Of a stretch of DNA of 64,000 bases, positions 24,241 through 38,300 are shown piece by piece. A model generated the notes under the pieces. The model had not been told where the DNA came from and searched no databases. It saw nothing but the letters and a program-made list of their open reading frames with translations. Numbering within the stretch: the first letter of the stretch is position 1; each line of letters opens with the position of its first letter. This DNA comes from Eledone cirrhosa (lineage: Eukaryota), in contig OZ024741.1 in NCBI GenBank assembly GCA_964016885.1, positions 7,316,001 through 7,380,000 of the forward strand. The letters are read 5' to 3'. Position numbers and translations under genes: made by a program.

Positions 24241-26250
24241 AATAGTAAGGTGGTGTGTTGTGAAGGTCGGTGGTTTCGTGGTTAGGGGTGATGGGTTCAG
24301 AATAGTAAGGTGGTGTGTTGTGAAGGTCGGTGGTTAGTAGTTAGGGGTGACGGGTTCACAATGGTAAGGTGGTGTGTTGTGAAGGTCGGTTATTTAGTGG
24401 TTAGAGGCGATGGGTTCACAATGGTAAGGCGGGATGTTGTGAAGGTCGGTGGTTTCGTGGTTAGGGGTGATGGGTTCAGAAAAGTAAGGTGGTGTGTTGT
24501 GAAGGTCGGTGGTTAGTGGTTAGGGGTGACGGGTTCACAATGGTAAGGTGGTGTGTTGTGAAGGTCGGTTATTTAGTGGTTAGGGGTGATGGGTTCACAA
24601 TGATAAGGCGGGATGTTGTGAAGGTCGGAGGTTTAGTGATTAGGGGTGATGGGTTCACAATGGTAAGCTGAGCTGTTGTGAAGGTCGGTGGTTTAGTTGT
24701 TAGGGGTGATGGGTTCACAATAGTAAGGTGATGTGTTGTGAAGGTCGGTGGTTTAGTGGTTAGGGGTGATGGGTTCACAATGGTAAGGTGGTGTGTTGTG
24801 AAGGTAGGTGATTTAGTGGTTAGGGGTGATGGGTTCACAATGGTATGGTCGTGTGTTGTGAAGGTCGGTTGTTTAGTGGTTAGGGGTGATGGGTTCACAA
24901 TGGTATGGTCGTGTGTTGTGAAGGTCGGTTGTTTAGTGGTTAGGTGTGATGGGTTCCCAATGGTAAGGTGGTGTGTCGTGAAGGTCGGTGGTTTAGTGGT
25001 TAGGGGTGATGGGTTCACAATGGTAAGGTGGTGTGTTTTGAAGGTCGGTGGTTTAGTGGTTAGGGGTGATGGGTTCACAATGGTATGGTGTTGTGTTGTG
25101 AAAATCGGTGGTTTAGTGGTTATGGGAGATGGGTTCACAATAGTAGGGTGGTGTGTTGTGAAGGTCGGTGGTTTAGTGGTTAGGGGAGATGGGTTCACAA
25201 TAGTGAGGTGGTGTGTTGTGAAGGTCGGTAGTTTAGTTGTTAGGGGTGATGGGTTCACAATGGTAAGGTGGTGTGTTGTGAAAGTCGGTGGTTTAGTGGT
25301 TAGGGGTGATGCGTTCACAAGGGTAAGGTGGTGTGTTGTGAAGGTCGGTGGTTTAGTGGTTAGGAGTGATGGGTTCACAATGGTAAGGTGGTGTGTTGTG
25401 AAGGTCGGTGGTTTAGTGGTTAGGGGTGATGGGTTCACAATGGTAATGTGGTGTGTTGTGAAGGTCGGTGGTTTAGTGGTTAGGAGTGATGGGCTCACAA
25501 TAGTAAGGTGGTGTGTTGTGAAGGTCGGTGGTTTCGTGGTTAGGGGTGATGGGTTCAGAATAGTAAGGTGGTGTGTTGTGAAGGTCGGTGGTTTCGTGGT
25601 TAGGGGTGATGGGTTCAGAATAGGAAGGTGGTGTGTTGTGAAGGTCGGTGGTTAGTAGTTAGGGGTGACGGGTTCACAATGGTAAGGTGGTGTGTTGTGA
25701 AGGTCGGTTATTTAGTGGTTAGGGGCGATGGGTTCACAATGGTAAGGCGGGATGTTGTGAAGGTCGGTGGTTTCGTGGTTAGGGGTGATGGGTTCAGAAT
25801 AGTAAGGTGGTGTGTTGTGAAGGTCGGTGGTTAGTGGTTAGGGGTGACGGGTTCACAATGGTAAGGTGGTGTGTTGTGAAGGTCGGTTATTTAGTGGTTA
25901 GGGGTGATGGGTTCACAATGATAAGGCGGGATGTTGTGAAGGTCGGAGGTTTAGTGATTAGGGGTGATGGGTTCACAATGGTAAGCTGAGGTGTTGTGAA
26001 GGTCGGTGGTTTAGTGGTTAGGGGTGATGGGTTCACAATGGTAAGGTGGTGTGTTGTGAAGGTAGGTGATTTAGTGGTTAGGGGTGATGGGTTCACAATG
26101 GTATGGTCGTGTGTTGTGAAGGTCGGTTGTTTAGTGGTTAGGGGTGATGGGTTCACAATGGTATGGTCGTGTGTTGTGAAGGTCGGTTGTTTAGTGGTTA
26201 GGTGTGATGGGTTCCCAATGGTAAGGTGGTGTGTCGTGAAGGTCGGTGGT
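24241..26250 (+). repeat. Partial block duplication, offset about 1,318 bp
   Basis: ORF pairs 24310/25628 and 24489/25807. Shared rare variants are 'ggttagtagtt', 'aagctgag' and 'gttcccaatgg'. Confidence 0.8.
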
Positions 26251-26689
26251 TTTAGTGGTTAGGGGTGATGGGTTCACAATGGTAAGGTGGTGTGTTGTGA
26301 AGGTCGGTGGTTTAGTGGTTAGGGGTGATGGGTTCACAATGGTAATGTGGTGTGTTGTGAAGGTCGGTGGTTTAGTGGTTAGGAGTGATGGGCTCACAAT
26401 AGTAAGGTGGTGTGTTGTGAAGGTCGGTGGTTTAGTGGCTAGGAGTGATGGGTTCACAATGGTAAGGAGGTGTGTTGTGAAGGTCGGTGGTTTTAGTGGT
26501 TAGGGGTGATGGGTTCACAATGGTAAGGTGGTGTTTTGTGAAGTCGGTGGTTTAGTGGTTTGGGGTGATGGGTTCACAATGGTAAGGCGGGATGTTGTAA
26601 TGGTCGGTGGTTTAGTGGTTAGGTGTGATGGGTTCACAATGGTAAGGTGGTGTTTTGTGAAGTCGGTGGTTTAGTGGTTAGGGGTGATG

Positions 26690-29100
26690 TGTTCACAATG
26701 GTATGGTGTGTGTTGTGAAAGTCGCTGGTTTAGTGGTTAGGGGAGATGGGTTCACAATAGTAGGGTGGTGTGTTGTGAAGGTCGGTGGTTTAGTGGTTAG
26801 GGTTGATGGGTTCACAATGGTAAGGTGGTGTGTTGTGAAGGTAGGTGATTTAGTGGTTAGGGGTGATGGGTTCACAATGGTATTGTCGTGTGTTGTGAAG
26901 GTCGGTTGTTTAGTGGTTAGGGGTGATGGGTTCACAATGGTAAGGTGGTGTGTTGTGAAGGTCGGTGGTTTAGTGGTTATGGGTGATGGGTTCACAATGT
27001 TAAGGCGTGATGTTGTGAAGGTCGGTGGTTTAGGGGTTAAGGGTGATGGGTTCACAATGGTATGGTCGTGTGTTGTGAAGGTCGGTTGTTTAGTGGTTAG
27101 GTGTGATGGGTTGACAATGGTAAGGTGGTGTGTTGTGAAGGTCGGTGGTTTAGTGGTTAGGGGTGATGGGTTCACAATGGTATGGTGTTGTGTTGTGAAA
27201 GTCGGTGGTTTAGTGGTTATGGGAGATGGGTTCACAATAGTAGGGTGGTGTGTTGTGAAGGTCGGTAGTTTAGTGGTTAGAGGAGATGGGTTCACAATAG
27301 TGAAGTGGTGTGTTGTGAAGGTCGGTAGTTTAGTTGTTAGGGGTGATGGGTTCACAATGGTAAGGTGGTGTGTTGTGAAAGTCGGTGGTTTAGTGGTTAG
27401 GGGTGATGCGTTCACAAGGGTAAGGTGGTGTGTTGTGAAGGCCGGTGGTTTAGTGGTTAGGGGTGATGGGTTCACAATGTTAAGGCGGGATGTTGTGAAG
27501 GTCGGTGGTTTAGTGGTTAAGGGTGATGGGTTCACAATGGTATGGTCGTGTGTTGTGAAGGTCGGTTGTTTAGTGGTTAGGTGTGATGGGTTCACAATGG
27601 TAAGGTGGTGTGTCGTGAAGGTCGGTGGTTTAGTAGTTAGGGGTGATGGGTTCACAATGGTAAGGTGGTGTGTTTTGAAGGTCGCTGGTTTAGTGGTTAG
27701 GGGTGATGGGTTCACAATGGTAAGGTCGTGTGTTGTGAAGGTCGGTGGTTTAGTTGTTAGGGGTGATGGGTTCACAATGGTAAGGTGATGTGTTGTGAAG
27801 GTCAGGTGGTTTAGTGGTTAGGGGTGATGGGTTCACAATGGTAAGGTGGTGTGTTGTGAAGGTAGGTGATTTAGTGGTTAGGGGTGATGGGTTCACAATG
27901 GTATGGTCGTGTGTTGTGAAGGTCGGTTGTTTAGTGGTTAGGGGTGATGGGTTCACAATGGTATGGTCGTGTGTTGTGAAGGTCGGTTGTTTAGTGGTTA
28001 GGTGTGATGGGTTCACAATGGTAAGGTGGTGTGTCGTGAAGGTCGGTGGTTTAGTGGTTAGGGGTGATGGGTTAACAATGGTAAGGTGGTGTGTTTTGAA
28101 GGACGGTGGTTTAGTGGTTAGGGGTGATGGGTTCACAATGGTATGGTGTTGTGTTGTGAAAGTCGGTGGTTTAGTGGTTATGGGAGATGGGTACACAATA
28201 GTAGGGTGGTGTGTTGTGAAGGTCGGTGGTTTAGTGGTTAGGGGAGATGGGTTCACAATAGTGAGGTGGTGTGTTGTGAAGGTCGGTAGTTTAGTTGTTA
28301 GGGGTGATGGGTTCACAATGGTAAGGTGGTGTGTGGTGAAAGTCGGTGGTTTAGTGGTTAGGGGTGATGCGTTCACAAGGGTAAGGTGGTGTGTTGTGAA
28401 GGTCGGTGGTTTAGTGGTTAGGGGTGATGGGTTCACAATGGTAAGGTGGTGTGTTGTGAAGGTCGGTGGTTTAGTGGTTATAGGTGATGGGTTCACAATG
28501 GTAATGTGGTGTGTTGTGAAGGTCGGTGGTTTAGTGGTTAGGAGTGATGGGTTCACAATGGTAAGGAGGTATGTTGTGAAGGTCGGTGGTTTTAGTGGTT
28601 AGGGGTGATGGGTTCACAATGGTAAGGTGGTGTTTTGTGAAGTCGTTGGTTTAGTGGTTTGGGGTGATGGGTTCACAATGGTATGGTGTGTGTTGTGAAA
28701 GTCGCTGGTTTAGTGGTTAGGGGAGATGGGTTCACAATAGTAGGGGGGTGTGTTGTGAAGGTCGGTGGTTTAGTGGTTAGGGTTGATGGGTTCACAATGG
28801 TAAGGTGGTGTGTTGTGAAGTTAGGTGATTTAGTGGTTAGGGGTGATGGGTTCACAATGGTATTGTCGTGTGTTGTGAAGGTCGGTTGTTTAGTGGTTAG
28901 GGGTGATGGGTTCACAATGGTAAGGTGGTGTGTTGTGAAGGTCGGTGGTTTAGTGGTTATGGGTGATGGGTTCACAATGTTAAGGCGTGATGTTGTGAAG
29001 GTCGGTGGTTTAGGGGTTAAGGGTGATGGGTTCACAATGGTATGGTCGTGTGTTGTGAAGGTCGGTTGTTTAGTGGTTAGGTGTGATGGGTTCACAATGG
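26690..29100 (+). repeat. Partial block duplication, offset 1,980 bp (26.7-27.1 kb vs 28.7-29.1 kb)
   Basis: ORF starts 26703/28683. Shared rare variants are 'tattgtcgtg' (26881/28861) and 'taggggttaa' (27031/29011). Confidence 0.8.
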
Positions 29101-30429
29101 TAAGGTGGTGTGTCGTGAAGGTCGGTGGTTTAGTGGTTAGGGGTGATGGGTTCACAATGGTAAGGTGGTGTGTTTTGAAGGTCGGTGGTTTAGTGGTTAG
29201 GGGTGATGGGTTCACAATGGTATGGTGTTGTGTCGTGAAGGTCGGTGGTTTAGTGGTTAGGGGTGATGGGTTCACAATGGTAAGGTGGTGTGTTTTGAAG
29301 GTCGGTGGTTTAGTGGTTAGGGGTGATGGGTTCACAATCGTAAGGTGGTGTGTTGTGAAGGTCGGTGGTTTAGTGGTTAGGGGAGATGGGTTCACAATAG
29401 TGAGGTGGTGTGTTGTGAAGGTCGGTAGTTTAGTTGTTAGGGGTGATGGGTTCACAATGGTAAGGGGGTGTGTTGTGAAAGTCGGTGGTTTAGTGGTTAG
29501 GGGTGATGCGTTCACAAGGGTAAGGTGGTGTGTTGTGAAGGTCGGTGGTTTAGTGGTTAGGTGTGATGGGTTCACAATGGTAAGGTGGTGTGTTGTGAAG
29601 GTCGGTGGTTTAGTGGTTAGGAGTGATGGGTTCACAATAGTAAGGTGGTGTGTTGTGAAGGTCGGTGGTTTAGTGGTTAGGAGTGATGGGTTCACAATGG
29701 TAAGGAGGTGTGTTGTGAAGGTCGGTGGTTTTAGTGGTTAGGGGTGATGGGTTCACAATGGTAAGGTGGTGTTTTGTGAAGTCGGTGGTTTAGTGGTTAG
29801 GGGTGATGGAGTCACAATGGTAAGGCGGGATGTTGTGATGGTCGGTGGTTTAGTGGTTAGGGGAGATGGGTTCACAATAGTGAGGTGGTGTGTTGTGAAG
29901 GTCGGTGGTTTAGTGGTTAGGGGTGATGGGTTCACAATGGTAAGGTGGTGTGTTGTAAAGGTCGGTGGTTTAGAGGTTAGGGGTGATGGGTTCAGAATAG
30001 TAAGGTGGTGTGTTGTGAAGGTCGGTGGTTTCGTGGTTAGGGGTGATGGGTTCAGAATAGTAAGGTGGTGTGTTGTGAAGGTCGGTGGTTAGTGGTTAGG
30101 GGTGACGGGTTCACAATGGTATGGTGGTGTGTTGTGAAGGTCGGTTATTTAGCGGTTAGGGGCGATGGGTTCACAATGGTAAGGCGGGATGTTGTGAAGG
30201 TCGGAGGTTTAGTGATTAGGGGTGATGGGTTCACAATGGTAAGCTGGTGTGTTGTGAAGGTCGGTGGTTTAGTTGTTAGGGGTGATGGGTTCACAATGGT
30301 AAGGTGATGTGTTGTGAAGGTCGGTGGTTTAGTGGTTAGGGGTGATGGGTTCACAATGGTAAGGTTGTGTGTTGTGAAGGTAGGTGATTTAGTGGTTAGG
30401 GGTGATGGGTTCACAATGGTATGGTCGTG

Positions 30430-32320
30430 TGTTGTGAACGTCGGTTGTTTAGTGGTTAGGGGTGATGGCTTCACAATGGTATGGTCGTGTGTTGTGAAGG
30501 TCGGTTGTTTAGTGGTTAGGTGTGATGGGTTCACAATGGTAAGGTGGTGTGTCGTGAAGGTCGGTGGTTTAGTGGTTAGGGGTGATGGGTTCACAATGGT
30601 AAGGTGGTGTGTTTTGAAGGTCGGTGGATTAGTGGTTAGGGGTGATGGGTTCACAATGGTATGGTGTTGTGTTGTGAAAGTCGGTGGTTTAGTGGTTATG
30701 GGAGATGGGTTCACAATAGTAGGGTGGTGTGTTGTGAAGGTCGGTGGTTTAGTGGTTAGGGGAGATGGGTTCACAATAGTGAGGTGGTGTGTTGTGAAGG
30801 TCGGTAGTTTAGTTGTTAGGGGTGATGGGTTCACAATGGTAAGGTGGTGTGTTGTGAAAGTCGGTGGTTTAGTGGTTAGGGGTGATGCGTTCACAAGGGT
30901 AAGGTGGTGTGTTGTGAAGGTCGGTGGTTTAGTGGTTAGGAGTGATGGGCTCACAATGGTAAGGTGGTGTGTTGTGAAGGTCGGTGGTTTAGTGGTTAGG
31001 GGTGATGGGTTCACAATGGTAAGGTGGTGTTTTGTGAAGTCGGTGGTTTAGTGGTTTGGGGTGATGGGTTCACAATGGTAAGGTGGTGTTTTGTGAAGTC
31101 GGTGGTTTAGTGGTTTGGGGTGATGGGTTCACAATGGTAAGGCGGGATGTTGTGATGGTCGGTGGTTTAGTGGTTAGGTGTGATGGGTTCACAATGGTAA
31201 GGTGGTGTTTTGTGAAGTCGGTGGTTTAGTGGTTAGGGGTGATGGGTTCACAATGGTATGGTGTGTGTTGTGAAAGTCGCTGGTTTAGTGGTTAGGGGTG
31301 ATGGGTTCACGATAGTGAGGTGGTGTGTTGTGAAGGTCGGTGGTTTAGTGGTTAGGGGTGATGGGTTCACAATGGTAAGGTGGTGTGTTGTGAAGGTCGG
31401 TGGTTTAGAGGTTAGGGGAGATGGGTTCAGAATAGTAAGGTGGTGTGTTGTGAAGGTCGGTTGTTTAGTGGTTAGGGGTGATGGGTTCACAATGGTATGG
31501 TCGTGTGTTGTGAAGGTCGGTTGTTTAGTGGTTAGGTGTGATGGGTTCACAATGGTAAGGTGGTGTGTCGTGAAGGTCGGTGGTTTAGTGGTTAGGGGTG
31601 ATGGGTTCACAATGGTAAGGTGGTGTGTTTTGAAGGTCGGTGGTTTAGAGGTTAGGGGTGATGGGTTCACAATGGTATGGTGTTGTGTTGTGAAAGTCGG
31701 TGGTTTAGTGGTTATGGGAGATGGGTTCACAATAGTAGGGTGGTGTGTTGTGAAGGTCGGTGGTTTAGTGGTTAGGGGAGATGGGTTCACAATAGTGAGG
31801 TGGTGTATTGTGAAGGTCGGTAGTTTAGTTGTTAGGGGTGATGGGTTCACAATGGTAAGGTGGTGTGTTGTGAAAGTCGGTGGTTTAGTGGTTAGGGGTG
31901 ATGCGTTCACAAGGGTAAGGTGCTGTGTTGTGAAGGTCGGTGGTTTAGTGGTTAGGAGTGATGGGCTCACAATGGTAAGGTGGTGTGTTGTGAAGGTCGG
32001 TGGTTTAGTGGTTAGGGGTGATGGGTTCACAATGGTAAGGTGGTGTTTTGTGAAGTCGGTGGTTTAGTGGTTTGGGGTGATGGGTTCACAATGGTAAGGT
32101 GGTGTTTTGTGAAGTCGGTGGTTTAGTGGTTTGGGGTGATGGGTTCACAATGGTAAGGCGGGATGTTGTGATGGTCGGTGGTTTAGTGGTTAGGTGTGAT
32201 GGGTTCACAATGGTAAGGTGGTGTTTTGTGAAGTCGGTGGTTTAGTGGTTAGGGGTGATGGGTTCACAATGGTATGGTGTGTGTTGTGAAAGTCGCTGGT
32301 TTAGTGGTTAGGGGAGATGG
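30430..32320 (+). repeat. Tandem duplication of about 17 monomers, period 1,016 bp
   Basis: ORF ends 31051/32067 and starts 31258/32274. Both copies share 'gggctcac' and the doubled 'tttgtgaagtcgg...gtttgggg' monomers. Confidence 0.82.
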
Positions 32321-35300
32321 GTTCACAATAGTAGGGTGGTGTGTTGTGAATGTCGGTGGTTTAGTGGTTAGGGGCGATGGGTTCACGATAGTGAGGTGGT
32401 GTGTTGTGAAGGTCGGTGGTTTAGTGGTTAGGGGTGATGGGTTCACAATGGTAAGGTGGTGTGTTGTGAAGGTCGGTGGTTTAGAGGTTAGGGGTGATGG
32501 GTTCAGAATAGTAAGGTGGTGTGTTGTGAAGGTCGGTGGTTTCGTGGTTAGGGGTGATGGGTTCAGAATAGTAAGGTGGTGTGTTGTGAATGTCGGTGGT
32601 TAGTGGTTAGGGGTGACGGGTTCACAATGGTAAGGTGGTGTGTTGTGAAGGTCGGTTATTTAGTGGTTAGGGGTGATGGGTTCACAATGATAAGGCGGGA
32701 TGTTGTGAAGGTCGGAGGTTTAGTGATTAGGGGTGATGGGTTCACAATGGTAAGCTGGTGTGTTGTGAAGGTCGGTGGTTTAGTTGTTAGGGGTGATGGG
32801 TTCACAGTGGTAAGGTGATGTGTTGTGAAGGTCGGTGGTTTAGTGGTTAGGGGTGATGGGTTCACAATGGTAAGGTGGTGTGTTGTGAAGGTAGGTGATT
32901 TAGTGGTTAGGGGTGATGGGTTGACAATGGTATGGTCGTGTGTTGTGAAGGTCGGTTGTTTAGTGGTTAGGGGTGATGGGTTCAAAATGGTATGGTCGTG
33001 TGTTGTGAAGGTCGGTTGATTAGTGGTTAGGTGTGATGGGTTCACAATGGTAAGGTGGTTTGTTGTGAAGGTCGGTGGTTTAGTGGTTATGGGTGATGGG
33101 TTCACAATGTTAAGGCGTGATGTTGTGAAGGTCGGTGGTTTAGTGGTTAAGGGTGATGGGTTCACAATGGTATGGTCGTGTGTTGTGAAGGTCGGTTGTT
33201 TAGTGGTTAGGTGTGATGGGTTCACAATGGTAAGGTGGTGTGTTGTGAAGGTCGGTGGTTTAGTGGTTAGGGGTGATGGGTTCACAATGGTATGGTGTTG
33301 TGTTGTGAAAGTCGGTGGTTTAGTGGTTATGGGAGATGTGTTCACAGTAGTAGGGTGGTGTGTTTTGAAGGTCGGTGGTTTAGTGGTTAGGGGAGATGGG
33401 TTCACAGTAGTGAGGTGGTGTGTTGTGAAGGTCGGTAGTTTAGCTGTTAGTGGTGATGGGTTCACAATGGTAAGGTGGTGTGTTGTGAAAGTCGGTGGTT
33501 TAGTGGTTAGGGGTGATGCGTTCACAAGGGTAAGGTGGTGTGTTGTGAAGGTCGGTGGTTTAGTGGTTAGGAGTGATGGGTTCACAATGGTAAGGTGGTG
33601 TGTTGTGAAGGTCGGTGGTTTAGTGGTTAGGGGTGATGGGTTCACAATGGTAATGTGGTGTGTTGTGAAGGTCGGTGGTTTAGTGGTTAGGAGTGATGGG
33701 TTCACAATAGTAAGGTGGTGTGTTGTGAAGGTCGGTGGTTTAGTGGTTAGGAGTGATGGGTTCACAATGGTAAGGTGGTGTGTTGTAAAGGTCGGTGGTT
33801 TAGTGGTTAGGAGTGATGGGTTCACAATGGTAAGTAGGTGTGTTGTGAAGGTCGGTGGTTTTAGTGGTTAGGGGTGATGGGTTCACAATGGTAAGGTGGT
33901 GTTTTGTGAAGTCGGTGGTTTAGTGGTTAGGGGTGATGGGTTCACAATGGTAAGGCGGGATGTTGTGATGGTCGGTGGTTTAGTGGTTAGGGGTGATGGG
34001 TTCACAATGGTAAGGCCGTGTGCTGTGAAGGTCGGTGGTTTAGTGGTCAGGAGTGATGGGTTCACTATAGTAAGGTAGTGTGTTGTGAAGGTCGATGGTT
34101 TAGTGGTTAGGAGTGATGGGTTCACAATAGTACGGTGGTGTATTCTGAAGGTCGGTGGTTTAGTGGTTAGGGGTGATGGGTTCACAATGGTATGGTGTGT
34201 GTTGTGAAAGTCGCTGGTTTAGTTGTTAGGGGAGATGGGTTCACAATAGTAGGGTCGTGTGTTGTGAAGGTCGGTGGTTTAGTGGTTAGGGGAGATGGGT
34301 TCACAATAGTGAGGTGGTGTGTTGTGAAGGGCGGTGGTTTAGTGGTTAGGGTTGATGGGTTCACAATGGTAAGGTGGTCTGTTGTGAAGGTCGGTGGTTT
34401 AGAGGTTAGGGGTGATGGGTTCAGAATAGTAAGGTGGTGTGTTGTGAAGGTCGGTGGCTTCGTGGTTAGAGGTGATGGGTTCAGAATAGTAAGGTGGTGT
34501 GTTGTGAAGGTCGGTGGTTAGTGCTTAGGGGTGACGGGTTCACAATGGTAAGGTGGTGTGTTGTGAAGGTCGGTTATTTAGTGGTTAGGGGTGATGGGTT
34601 CACAATGGTAAGGCGGGATGTTGTGAAGGTCGGAGGTTTAGTGATTAGAGGTGATGGGTTCACAATGGTAAGCTGGTGTGTTGTGAAGGTCGGTGGTTTA
34701 GTGGTTAGGGGTGATGGGTTCACAATGGTAAGGTCGTGTGTTGTGAAGGTCGGTGGTTTAGTTGTTAGGGGTGATGGGTTCACAATGGTAAGGTGATGTG
34801 TTGTGAAGGTCGGTGGTTTAGTGGTTAGGGGTGATGGGTTCACAATGGTAAGGTGGTGTGTTGTGAAGGTAGGTGATTTAGTGGTTAGGGGTGATGGGTT
34901 CACAATGGTATGGTCGTGTGTTGTGAAGGTCGGTTGTTTAGTGGTTAGGGGTGATGGGTTCACAATGGTATGGTCGTGTGTTGTGAAGGTCGGTTGTTTA
35001 GTGGTTAGGTGTGATGGGTTCACAATGTTAAGGTGGTGCGTCGTGAAGGTCGGTGGTTTAGTGGTTAGGGGTGATGGGTTCACAATGGTAAGGTGGTGTG
35101 TTTTGAAGGTCGGTGGTTTAGTGGTTAGGGGTGATGGGTTCACAATGGTATGGTGTTGTGTTGTGAAAGTCGGTGGTTTAGTGGTTATGGGAGATGGGTT
35201 CACAATAGTAGGGTGGTGTGTTGTGAAGGTCGGTGGTTTTAGTGGTTAGGGGAGATGGGTTCACAATAGTGAGGTGGTGTGTTGTGAAGGTCGGTAGTTT

Positions 35301-38300
35301 AGTTGTTAGGGGTGATGGGTTCACAATGGTAAGGTGGTGTGTTGTGAAAGTCGGTGGTTTAGTGGTTAGGGGTGATGCGTTCACAAGGGTAAGGTGGTGT
35401 GTTGTGAAGGTCGGTGGTTTAGTGGTTAGGAGTGATGGGTTCACAATGGTAATGTGGTGTGTTGTGAAGGTCGGTGGTTTAGTGGTTAGGAGTGATGGGT
35501 TCACAATAGTAAGGTGGTGTGTTGTGAAGGTCGGTGGTTTAGTGGTTAGGAGTGATGGGTTCACAATGGTAAGGAGGTGTGTTGTGAAAGTCGGTGGTTT
35601 AATGGTTATGGGAGATGGGTTCACAATAGTAGGGTGGTGTGTTGTGAAGGTCGGTGGTTTAGTGGTTAGGGGAGATGGGTTCACAATGGTATGGTCGTGT
35701 GTTTAGAAGGTCGGTGGTTTATTGGTTAGGGGTGATGGGTTCACAATGGTAATGTGGTGTGTTGTGAAGTTCGGTGGTTTAGTGGTTAGGAGTGATGGGT
35801 TCACAATAGTAAGGTGGTGTGTGGTGAAGGTCGGTGGTTTAGTGGTTAGGAGTGATGGGTTCACAATGGTAAGGAGGTGTGTTGTGAAGGTCGGTGGTTT
35901 TAGTGGTTAGGGGTGATGGGTTCACAATGGTAAGGCGGGATGTTGTGATGGTCGGTGGTTTAGTGGTCAGGTGTGATGGGTTCACAATGGTAAGGTGGTG
36001 TTTTGTGAAGTCGGTGGTTTAGTGGTTAGGGGTGATGGGTTCACAATGGTATGGTGTGTGTTGTGAAAGTCGCTGGTTTAGTGGTTAGGGGAGATGGGTT
36101 CACAATAGTAGGGTGGTGTGTTGTGAAGGTCGGTGGTTTAGTGGTTAGGAGTGATGGGTTCACAATGGTAAGGTGGTGTGTTGTGAAGGTCGGTGGTTTA
36201 GTGGTTAGTGGTGATGGGTTCACAATGGTAATGTGGTGTGTTGTGAAGGTCGGTGGTTTAGTGGTTAGGAGTGATGGGTTCACAATGGTAAGGTGGTGTG
36301 TTGTGAAGGTCGGTGGTTTAGTGGTTAGGAGTGATGGGTTCACAATGGCAAGGAGGTGTGTTGTGAAGGTCGGTGGTTTTAGTGGTTAGGGGTGATGGGT
36401 TCACAATGGTAAGGTGGTGTTTTGTGAAGTCGGTGGTTTAGTGGTTTGGGGTGATGGGTTCACAATGGTAAGGCGGGATGTTGTGATGGTCGGTGGTTTA
36501 GTGGTTAGGTGTGATGGGTTCACAATGGTAAGGTGGTGTTTTGTGAAGTCGGTGGTTTAGTGGTTAGGGGTGATGGGTTCACAATGGTATGGTGTGTGTT
36601 GTGAAAGTCGCTGGTTTAGTGGTTAGGGGAGATGGGTTCACAATAGTAGGGTGGTGTGTTGTGAAGGTCGGTGGTTTAGTGGTTAGGGGAGATGGGTTCA
36701 CAATAGTGAGGTGGTGTGTTGTGAAGGTCGGTGGTTTAGTGGTTAGGGGTGATGGGTTCACAATGGTAAGGTGGTGTGTTGTGAAGGTCGGTGGTTTAGA
36801 GGTTAGGGGTGATGGGTTCAGAATAGTAAGGTGGTGTGTTGTGAAGGTCGGTGGTTTCGTGGTTAGGGGTGATGGGTTCAGAATAGTAAGGTGGTGTGTT
36901 GTGAAGGTCGGTGGTTAGTGGTTAGGGGTGACGTGTTCACAATGGTAAGGTGGTGTGTTGTGAAGTTCGGAGGTTTAGTGATTAGGGGTGATGGGTTGAC
37001 AATGGTAAGCTGGTGTGTTGTGAAGGTCGGTGGTTTAGTGGTTAGGGTGATGGGTTCACAATGGTAAGGTCGTGTGTTGTGAAGGTCGGTGGTTTAGTTG
37101 TTAGGGGTGATGGGTTCACAATGGTAAGGTGATGTGTTGTGAATGTCGGTGGTTTAGTGGTTAGGGGTGATGGGTTCACAATGGTAAGGTGGTGTGTTGT
37201 GAAGGTAGGTGATTTAGTGGTTAGGGGTGATGGGTTCACAATGGTATGGTCGTGTGTTGTGAAGGTCGGTTGTTTAGTGGTTAGGGGTGATGGGTTCACA
37301 ATGGTAAGGTTGTGTGTTGTGAAGGTCGGTGGTTTAGTGGTTATGGGTGATGGGTTCACAATGTTAAGGCGTGATGTTGTGAAGGTCGGTGGTTTAGTGG
37401 TTAAGGGTGATGGGTTCACAATGGTATGGTCGTGTGTTGTGAAGGTCGGTTGTTTAGTGGTTAGGTGTGATGGGTTCACAATGGTAAGGTGGTGTGTTGT
37501 GAAGGTCGGTGGTTTAGTGGATAGGGGTGATGGGTTCACAATGGTAAGGTGGTGTGTTTGAAGGTCGGTGGTTTAGTGGTTAGGGCTGATGGGTACACAA
37601 TGGTATGGTGTTGTGGTGTGAAAGTCGGTGGTTTAGTGGTTATGGGAGATGGGTTCACAATAGTGAGGTGGTGTGTTGTGAAGGTCGGTGGTTTAGTGGT
37701 TAGGGGAGATGGGTTCACAATAGTGAGGTGGTGTGTTGTGAAGGTCGGTAGTTTATTGTTAGGGGTGATGGGTTCACAATGGTAAGGTGGTGTGTTGTGA
37801 AGGTCGGTGGTTTAGTGGTTAGGAGTGATGGGTTCACAATGGTAAGGTGGTGTGTTGTGAAGGTCGGTGGTTTAGTGGTTAGGGGTGATGGGTTCACAAT
37901 GGTAATGTGGTGTGTTGTGAAGGTCGGTGGTTTAGTGGTTAGGAGTCATGGGTTCACAATAGTAAGGTGGTGTGTTGTGAAGGTCGGTGGTTTAGTGGTT
38001 AGGAATGATGGGTTCACAATGGTAAGGTGGTGTGATGTGAAGGTAAGTGGTTTAGTGGTTAGGGGTGATGGGTTCACAATGGTAATGTAGTGTGTTGTGA
38101 AGGTCGGTGGTTTAGTGGTTAGGAGTGATGGGTTCACAATAGTAAGGTGGTGTGTTGTGAAGGTCGGTGGTTTAGTGGTTAGGAGTGATGGGTTCACAAT
38201 GGTAAGGAGGTGTGTTGCGAAGGTCGGTGGTTTTAGTGGTTAGGGGTGATGGGTTCACAATGGTAAGGCGGGATGTTGTGATGGTCGGTGGTTTAGTGGT